From Edaphobacter aggregans (lineage in GTDB: Bacteria; Acidobacteriota; Terriglobia; Terriglobales; Acidobacteriaceae): DNA of 32,000 nucleotides. The translations under genes and the position numbers were made by a program. This document shows, piece after piece, positions 25,553-32,000 of this stretch. Where the stretch lies: NCBI RefSeq assembly GCF_003945235.1, contig NZ_RSDW01000001.1, forward strand, positions 5,700,001 to 5,732,000, read 5' to 3'. Below the pieces are notes generated by a model. That model made no database searches, was not told where the DNA came from, and was given only the letters and a program-made list of their open reading frames with translations. How positions within the stretch are numbered: position 1 is the first letter of the stretch; the number at the start of each line of letters is the position of its first letter.

Positions 25553-26429
25553 GAATGATTTAGGAGAACTTTCGGCCTTTGCCATGGTGGCGGAAGAGCG
25601 TAGCTTCACACGCGCCGCCGCACACCTAGGCATTTCGCAATCCGCGCTGAGCCATTCGATTCGCGGACTCGAGAGAAGGTTGGGACTCCAGTTACTCGCG
25701 CGAACAACGCGAAGCGTCTCCCCGACTGCGGCGGGCACAGCGCTTCTCCAGGAACTCGGACCAGCTCTGGAGCGGATCGAGCGAGCGGTTGCGGAGGTTC
25801 GAAAGCAGAGGGAGACTCCATCCGGTCGCATCCGGCTCATCATCCCGCGAACAGCGACTAAAGCGGTGATTCTGCCGAAGCTGGCTCAGTTTGTCCGCTC
25901 CTATCCGGAAATCGTGCTGGAGGTCACTTCTTCCAATGATCCCGTCGATCTTGTGGCAGGAGAGTACGACGCAGGTGTGCAACTGGGTGAATTCATTCAG
26001 AGGGACATGATTGCTGTCCGAGTGACGAGAGAGATGCGCCTTGCGGTTGTAGGCTCGCCGAAGTATTTCGAGTTAAACGATGTCCCGCGACATCCGCAGG
26101 ATCTGAGAGATCACGCCTGCATTGGCTTTCGTTTCAACAACGGTCTCTACCGGTGGGAGTTCGAGAAAGGACGGAAGGCGCTTACAGTCAGCCCTCAGGG
26201 ACCCGCATCCTTCGACGATCCTGATCTTGTCGTACAAGCGGTGCTGGACGGTGTGGGCATCGGAACTGCGATGGAAGAGGGCCTTAAGGGCTTAATTTCA
26301 GAAGGACGCTTGATTCAAGTCCTGAAAGACTGGTGTCCATCTTTTCCCGGATATTTTCTCTACTATCCCAGCCGTCGGAATCAGCCTGCCGCTCTGGCCG
26401 CGCTTATTGATGCCCTTCGGCTGGATTAG
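25548..26429 (+). CDS. LysR-family transcriptional regulator
   Basis: The N-terminal HTH is LSAFAMVAEERSFTRAAAHLGISQSALSHSIRGLERRLGLQLLARTTRSVSPTAAG. The C-terminal substrate-binding domain ends PSRRNQPAALAALIDAL. The gene is divergent from the AKR gene. Confidence 0.9.
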
Positions 26430-26500
26430 TAATGAGAAACGCTCTGCGGGTGAGTAACGGGGGGCTGTCGCATCCTCGGCACCGCTGGGAGGCCGTGCCG

Positions 26501-26740
26501 ATGACGAAGAGAGCCAAGAAGCGTAGCCCCAAAACGATCCTAAAACTGCCCGATCTGAAGCACTCCAAAGCTGCCGTTCTGAACAGCCTGCCCTCGTTGA
26601 TTTCACGGCGGTCCTACGACCACGCCATCCGGGACTTTATCGACTGGTACTGCTCGGAGCCACGTCTGGCGTTCAACAGAACCGTCGTGACCCGGTAGAG
26701 GATCGCGCTGGAACAGCGCCGATACGCGTCGACGACCTGC
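26501..26740 (+). pseudogene. N-terminal fragment of a second, paralogous tyrosine integrase
   Basis: MTKRAKKRSPKTILKLPDLKHSKAAVLNSLPSLISRRSYDHAIRDFIDWYCSEPRLAFNRTVVTR is followed by TAG (26696-26698) and then RIALEQRRYASTT. It is colinear with the N-terminus of the 19386-20285 integrase but diverged at the DNA level. No catalytic domain follows. Confidence 0.6.
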
Positions 26741-26899
26741 ATGCTCAACAATCGATTCTTGAGAGTGGCGTGCAGGAGGTGCGAGAGAGTAGCAAGAAAA
26801 TGCGGAAAGATCTGGATGAGCCGGCTGCGCTGCATTACAAAAGGCATAACGATCGTCCCTGGCGGTTTTCTGGCCGGCGAAAGTATATGGCGCCAGCGG

Positions 26900-27558
26900 G
26901 CGATGAGCGCTGATATCTATACGAACTTTAACGCAACTTCCTTACATGAATTCGGGGCGCGCGCATACCAGCGAGTGGGTTCCCAGTGCTCGAGCATCGC
27001 GATTGTCCACGCAGTCAACGGCAAAGTTTACTTCGGAAACTTGAATGGATTCTTTGAATGCGATTTCCTCTCAGCGGGCACTACCTCCAACAACCTGCAA
27101 AGCAATAGCTACACACTGCGAGTGCGGCAGGCATGGGGGCAAGCGGCCTTCAGCCACATGAAGTTCGCTGGTGGCCAGAACTCCATCCGACCAAAAAAAC
27201 ATGATCTCTTTGGCTACGCCGGTACGGAATACGTGCAGCGCACGGTGTACCTGAGCAGTACTGGAACATTGGTGGGCTATGCGCCGCCAACCGCTATAAT
27301 ACTGGCTGCGATATTGAAGGCGTTCCTACAGCAAACACTGGGTTTGCTCCGGGTGCGAGTCTTTGCCTGGACGCAACACGGTCCATCATGCAGGGATCCG
27401 TCGGCTGGGTCTATCGAATTTACACCGGGTCCGCAGGTAAGCTTCAGTATGGTGCGGCTTACAGCTATCTAACGAGAAACGGATGGACGGGAATTGGTGG
27501 CGCTCCCAAGGCCACAAACAATTTTGTCTACGCCAGCCTCCGTTATTACATACCGTAG
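26900..27558 (+). pseudogene. Outer-membrane beta-barrel/porin-like gene remnant (truncated and frameshifted)
   Basis: ORF 26741..27472 contains GFFECDFLSAGTTSNNLQSNSYTLRVRQAWGQAAFSHMKFAGGQ, which has porin-like alternating composition. Another frame gives a barrel-type C-terminus, GSVGWVYRIYTGSAGKLQYGAAYSYLTRNGWTGIGGAPKATNNFVYASLRYYIP, ending at 27556-27558. There is no N-terminal signal peptide. The family assignment is weak. Confidence 0.4.
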
Positions 27559-27568
27559 GTGAAGATAG

Positions 27569-28250
27569 ATGCACAAACGGCTGCTGATCGTTCACTACTC
27601 AGAAAATGCGTCTCGAGTTCTCAGGGAGGCTCTTGATACCGATGTCTTCGAACTCAGATTTATGTCTGGGTTTGAAGACGTCACTAACGCGGTTCTCGAG
27701 CTGAAGCCTGCGCTCATGCTCTTCGACATCTCTCATGGGGAGAAACCATTTGAAAAGCTGTTCAAGGAGTTGATGAACTTCGGCGGCACTAGATATATCA
27801 GAAAGGTTATTCTCGCTCTGCCGGAATGGACGAGAATGTAAGTGCGCTTGAAACCGGAGCCGACGACTTTCTAATAAAGCCTGTCTCCGTGCGTGAATCA
27901 ATGGCGCGTCTAAAGTCAGTTCTTCGCTCTTATCAGGAAAAAGATGTCCGGGTCGTTGGTGATCCATCTCTCTATAGAGAATCAATGGAAATTTCCATTG
28001 GGACAGAGCGGAAGAAACTGGGACCGAGAGAGCTTGATCTGCTTAGTCATTTGATGGATCACTCTGGTCGTGTTTTCAGCAGAGACGAGTTGCTAGAGAG
28101 TGTATGGGGCCCATGGGAGGTCGATGATCATCGTGCTGTGGATATCTATCTTCTCGCGACTCCGCGAGAAGATAGAATCGTACCCTTCGCAACTCGGTGG
28201 TTGCTTACCCGCAGAGGACAAGGGTAGGTTTTCGTCAATTCGGAAGACCC
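27569..28250 (+). pseudogene. OmpR/PhoB-type response regulator, decayed by frameshifts and a nonsense codon
   Basis: The REC domain is split: ...LMLFDISHGE...RKVILALPEWTRM(stop) sits in one frame and SAGMDENVSALETGADDFLIKP in the next, with an indel near 27810-27815. The wHTH part, LGPRELDLLSHLMDHSGRVFSRDELLESVWGP...AVDIY, then needs another frame for SRLREKIESYPSQ. GQG is followed by TAG where GY.F is expected (28225-28227). No histidine kinase gene is nearby. Confidence 0.7.
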
Positions 28251-28394
28251 AAATCGCGTGATGTCGAGTCGAGATTTCAAATAGCCGAGAAGGTGCTCAG
28301 AGAGTAGCTTAGTACAGCAACAAAGTAAAAACCTCTGCGATGCCTGCGGATGTGAAGGAACGCTAGCTTCTGACATTCGCCGCGAGTTTTGGCC

Positions 28395-29435
28395 TTACCG
28401 CAGCCTTTCAGCATTCCGTACGCATCGGAAACCTATATTTGATGCTGAACTATCCGGCGTGTTTGACGTTCTCGCGGCAACCCGGTAACGGTTGCAATAG
28501 GATGCATGGCAAAGGAACGATCCGCCTTTCATCACCTTCGCACGGCCGGTCGTCGGGCCCGGAGGGTCTTTACAAATCGAGCTAGAAAACGACGTGTGGA
28601 ACCAGTCAGTGCACCACTCCCAAACATTTCCGGTCGCTGAGTAGAGGCCGTGACCGTTTTGGGGGAAGGCATCAACCGGGCAGGTTCCAGCGAAACCGTC
28701 TTCAGCGGTGTCATCGACAGGGAATTGACCTTGCCAGATGTTGCAGCGATGTTGGCCATTGGGTATAAGATCGTCACCCCAGGGGTAGAGTTTCTGCTCC
28801 AAACCGCCGCGTGCCCCGTACTCCCACTGTGCCTCGGTGGGAAGCTCCTTCGATGCCCAGACTGCATAGGCTACGGCATCGTTCCATGAGACGTGGACGA
28901 CTGGATGGTTCAGCCGTTGATCGATGTTTGAACCAGGGCCCTCCGGATGTTTCCAGAAGGCGCCCGGGACCTTACACCACCAGGGCGTGTGTGCCGCCGT
29001 GTTTTCTACGACAGTCTCGAAGCGCTCCGGTAGGATGTGCGACCAGAAGACGAATGACCACCCGAAGGACTCGGCCTCGGTTCGATAGCCTGCCTGCTCA
29101 ACGAAGACCGCGAAATCTGCGTTGGTGACTGGAAAGGTGTCGATTTCGAAGGCTGAGAGCGATACAGGACGTACTGGGCCTTCGCCGTCTTCGGGAAAGC
29201 CGTTGGCATAGTCTGTGCCCATCAGGAATGTGGCCGGGGGCAATGAAACAAGAGGGCGAGCGGCGTCAGATGTTTTGCTCTCCAGCTCGAAAGAGGGCGA
29301 GCCGGAGAGGGGCTCTTCTGGAACGCGCTCTTCTTGATGTGTGCGCGGAGCACAGCAAGAGTGTGGTTTTGCGCTGCTCTTGCTGTGCCCCGGCGAGTTG
29401 TTCACAATGCTCTCGCGTTCTGTTCGATCCTTCAT
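28395..29435 (-). CDS. Formylglycine-generating enzyme (FGE/SUMF1 family)
   Basis: FGE motifs are HPVVHVSWNDAVAYAVWASKELPTEAQWEYGARGG, and KVMKGGSFLCHASYCNRYRVAARTSNTPDSSASNIGFRCV with the catalytic Cys pair C..SYC. The 70-aa N-terminus is hydrophilic with no signal peptide. The gene starts 12 nt after the sulfatase stop. Confidence 0.9.
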   Translation of the reverse strand: MKDRTERESIVNNSPGHSKSSAKPHSCCAPRTHQEERVPEEPLSGSPSFELESKTSDAARPLVSLPPATFLMGTDYANGFPEDGEGPVRPVSLSAFEIDTFPVTNADFAVFVEQAGYRTEAESFGWSFVFWSHILPERFETVVENTAAHTPWWCKVPGAFWKHPEGPGSNIDQRLNHPVVHVSWNDAVAYAVWASKELPTEAQWEYGARGGLEQKLYPWGDDLIPNGQHRCNIWQGQFPVDDTAEDGFAGTCPVDAFPQNGHGLYSATGNVWEWCTDWFHTSFSSSICKDPPGPTTGRAKVMKGGSFLCHASYCNRYRVAARTSNTPDSSASNIGFRCVRNAERLR

Positions 29436-29447
29436 GACTATCTCAGT

Positions 29448-30899
29448 TTATGGGTACAGCTTGGCGGGCAGGATCTCGGGTTCGGGTTCTCCAGCTACTT
29501 TGATCAACTTCTTTAGCTGCTCGCGAAGCTCGTCTGCTTTGATCCGATACTCCTGACGCCCTGCCAGGTTCACTAATTCGTTTGGGTCTGTACGCTGATC
29601 GTAGAACTGATACTCCGTATACGTTTTGGCAGCGGCTGCTTTTGCTCCTGAGATGTCAGCAACGCAATATGTCCAGTCCGGAGTTCGAATCGCGCGGCCA
29701 GTCATGGATTCGCTGATCTGAATGAGCTGTTGGTTCGGCCACTGCTGCCGCGCTTCGGGATCATTGAGGAGCGGCAGAACGCTGTGGCCTTTCCATGTAG
29801 GAGGCACAGGAACTCCGGCAGCTTCGAGCAAGGTGGGCGCGACGTCGATCAGGCCTACTAGCTCGGGGATCTGCTGAGCGCCCTTGAAGCCCGGACCGTC
29901 GATGATCAGAGGCACGCGGATGGAACTGTTGTGCGTGCTGCGCTTGTACTCCTGGTTGCGTGTGCCAAAGTGGCAACCGTGGTCGCTGATGAAAACGAAG
30001 ATCGTATTGTCGGCAAGTTTCTCTTCTTCAAGAATCTTCCGGACGCGACCGACTGAGGAATCAATGGACTCGACGCAACCGTAGTAATCGGGCAGTTGCG
30101 CCTGCCAGAAGCCCGGCTGCGCACGGAGATCGTCGGGCACTGAGACGTTGAGGAAACGCTGTGCTGCGCCTTTCGGTGCAATAGGCTGGTGCAGGTCATT
30201 CTGCTGATGGGGCTCAAGCTGCGAAATGAACAGGAAGAAAGGCTTCTCCTGTTTCTGGCGAAGGAATCGCTCGGCGCGGTCGGTGAGGAAGTCAACGCGA
30301 TATTCATCCTTGAAGGTGATGGGTTGATCGTCGCGGTCCCAGATGGTGCCTTCGTACGGGTGCGATGTATTTTCGATGCCGTTGGCGCCTTCCCAAAGAT
30401 CGAGAAAGCCTCCGCGGTCTTCTGCCTTCACGGCGCCGGGTCCACCGCCGGTGGACTTGTTGCCGTTGGCGAGATGCCACTTGCCAATGTAGTTGGTTGT
30501 GTAGCCGGCTTTGCGCAGCTCTCCCGCCAGTGTGGGCAGCGACTTGTCGAGTTCGAGGCCGTTGTGCCAGACGCCTGTCTCTGTCGCATAGCGGCTGGTG
30601 AAGAGTACTGAGCGCGCAGGAGCACAGACGGGTTGGTTTGTAACGGTCTGGGTGAAGTTCTTGCCACGCGAAGCAAGAGCATCCAGGTTGGGTGTGTGGG
30701 TTGAACTGTTGCGGCCATTTGCGCCGACGAAGTCCCAGCGGAACTGATCAGACAGGTAGACGATGATGTTTGGTGGAGTCACTGGTTTGGCTATAGTGCT
30801 CTTCTTTTGTGCCTCGACGACGGTTGGTGCTACTGCTGCGACTCCGGCCGCTACGGTGCTCTTCAGAAAAGATCTGCGACTGTTTGAACTATCGGACAT
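29448..30899 (-). CDS. Cys-type sulfatase with a Tat signal peptide
   Basis: The twin-arginine signal is MSDSSNSRRSFLKSTVAAGVAAVAPTVVEAQ. Sulfatase motifs are PNIIVYLSDQFRWD and the FGly motif CAPARSVLFTSRY (C-x-P-x-R), plus GKWHL and FVFISDHG. AGGAG lies 7 nt upstream and overlaps the stop of the preceding TBDR gene. Confidence 0.9.
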   Translation of the reverse strand: MSDSSNSRRSFLKSTVAAGVAAVAPTVVEAQKKSTIAKPVTPPNIIVYLSDQFRWDFVGANGRNSSTHTPNLDALASRGKNFTQTVTNQPVCAPARSVLFTSRYATETGVWHNGLELDKSLPTLAGELRKAGYTTNYIGKWHLANGNKSTGGGPGAVKAEDRGGFLDLWEGANGIENTSHPYEGTIWDRDDQPITFKDEYRVDFLTDRAERFLRQKQEKPFFLFISQLEPHQQNDLHQPIAPKGAAQRFLNVSVPDDLRAQPGFWQAQLPDYYGCVESIDSSVGRVRKILEEEKLADNTIFVFISDHGCHFGTRNQEYKRSTHNSSIRVPLIIDGPGFKGAQQIPELVGLIDVAPTLLEAAGVPVPPTWKGHSVLPLLNDPEARQQWPNQQLIQISESMTGRAIRTPDWTYCVADISGAKAAAAKTYTEYQFYDQRTDPNELVNLAGRQEYRIKADELREQLKKLIKVAGEPEPEILPAKLYP

Positions 30900-30909
30900 G
30901 AAATGGCTC

Positions 30910-32000
30910 CTACCAATTAAGTTTCGCAGCGAACTGCAGTTGTCGTGAGTTGTCGCGCGTGCTGGTGATCCCTGCGAACGTGGAGGGAGACGTAAATGTC
31001 AGGTTCCCAGGAGCGGAGAAGTTTGCTGTGTTCGTGACGTTAAACGCCTCTGTTCGGATCTCAAGCCTCGTTCCTTCCGTGATGGGGAACTGACGGAAGA
31101 GGGAGGCGTCGAGTCTGCGATATGCGGGCCCGGTGACCTGCGTGGGCGATCCGCCAAGCGCGGCTATGCCCGTTGCGCCGGGTGCGGGGTTCGTGAAGGC
31201 TGCAGGATTCAGAAATTGCGTTGCGTTGTGAGAGCCGGAGTATGGATTCTGGCCGATGACTCTGAGCGCGTTGCAACCGAGACCCGCTGTAGTGGTGGTT
31301 GTGCAAGCAACTGTGAAGGGCTGACCTTCCTGTACTGTAGCGATGCCCTGGAGTGACCAGCCTCCGGCTAGATGCGATGCAACGCCGTGCGTCAGAAATG
31401 CCTGGCCGCGACCTAACGGCAGAGCATACGTTCCGCTTGCGTGGAAGATGTGGCGGACATCGGTATCGCAGAGGGCGTAGTCCGCGCCGATTCCTACGCC
31501 AGCAACGTACGGAGCACGATAACCACCGATGTTGTTGTCGAGAAGATCGCGTGCATTACCAAGGCACTTGGAGTAGGTGTAATTCGCATTGATGGTCAGG
31601 TCGTGCTGCCAGCGACGTGTGATGTCCACCTGCAAGCCGTTGTAATTGGTGATGGCCGATGGCGTAATAAACGCTCCGCCACGCGCAAAGTCGGGAAAGA
31701 AGCTGTTTGTCTGCGCATTTGACGTGGATGGCAGAATGGCGTTCAAGGTGTTGGCACCAAGATTGCTTTGTAGGTGTCGTGAAACTGAACCCGCGTACGC
31801 AAGCTTCAGTACAATCGTTGCGCTCAGTTGATATTGTACTTGTGCGTTGTAGCTTTGGGTGTACGCACTCTTCCAGTTATAGGCGCGGCCCAGAAGACTA
31901 ATGTTGGTCAGGTTAGCGTTTGTGGCGCTGAGTGGGACGTTGATAAGGCCGTTGCTGAGCGTGCCGACGGAGTTGTTCGGAGTGAGAGGAGTAACTGCGT
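30910..32000 (-). CDS. TonB-dependent receptor, C-terminal barrel portion (gene continues beyond the window end)
   Basis: The C-terminus is ...FNVTNTANFSAPGNLTFTSPSTFAGITSTRDNSRQLQFAAKLNW, with a terminal aromatic residue. It parallels the end of the 12095-15610 receptor (FNLTNTPQFSNP...RELRFSGRINF). I translated 31747-31998 in the same frame and found no stop, so the track entry 30910..31746 is only the part after an internal TTG. Confidence 0.8.
   Translation of the reverse strand, partial: AVTPLTPNNSVGTLSNGLINVPLSATNANLTNISLLGRAYNWKSAYTQSYNAQVQYQLSATIVLKLAYAGSVSRHLQSNLGANTLNAILPSTSNAQTNSFFPDFARGGAFITPSAITNYNGLQVDITRRWQHDLTINANYTYSKCLGNARDLLDNNIGGYRAPYVAGVGIGADYALCDTDVRHIFHASGTYALPLGRGQAFLTHGVASHLAGGWSLQGIATVQEGQPFTVACTTTTTAGLGCNALRVIGQNPYSGSHNATQFLNPAAFTNPAPGATGIAALGGSPTQVTGPAYRRLDASLFRQFPITEGTRLEIRTEAFNVTNTANFSAPGNLTFTSPSTFAGITSTRDNSRQLQFAAKLNW

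Noticed and set aside
27599-28376. Minus-strand ORFs of 128 aa and 76 aa
   Set aside because: They are antisense to the response-regulator remnant, whose REC and wHTH motifs are clear on the + strand.

Overview
This window looks like a chromosomal segment of a soil Acidobacteriota-type genome. That placement is an inference from very long CarboxypepD_reg-type TonB-dependent receptors, PEP-CTERM tails and a PadR gene starting GTLDMLILK. The intact genes mostly serve glycan acquisition. They are a GH10 xylanase with three CBM modules (2109-5078, -), a TonB-dependent receptor plus Tat-exported DUF2264 protein (10648-15610, -), a GH43-like enzyme with a ricin/CBM13 tail (17282-18715, -), and a TBDR-sulfatase-FGE operon (28395 to beyond 32000, -). 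Between these lie an IS110-family element, two decayed tyrosine integrases, and a visibly A/T-richer segment carrying a three-module glycosyltransferase fusion. There is also a LysR/aldo-keto-reductase pair, two tandem K/A-rich histone-H1-like small genes, and about a dozen frameshifted or truncated gene remnants. I found five things most worth a second look. (1) A three-block cis-motif set is shared by the upstream regions of the TBDR and GH43 genes: an extended -10-like TGcTACCGT plus palindromic TGTnACA boxes. (2) A membrane-anchored, regulator-like 450-aa protein sits between those two regions, preceded by a 10-codon uORF with a strong SD. (3) The orphan glycosyltransferase fusion lies next to a dead integrase. 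(4) The 5' flank of the IS110 gene is a candidate bridge-RNA locus. (5) An A7 run in a K/A-rich gene separates the annotated frame from a frame that continues the K/A pattern. I saw no rRNA, tRNA or CRISPR array. All family assignments come from motif recognition by eye, not from searches.
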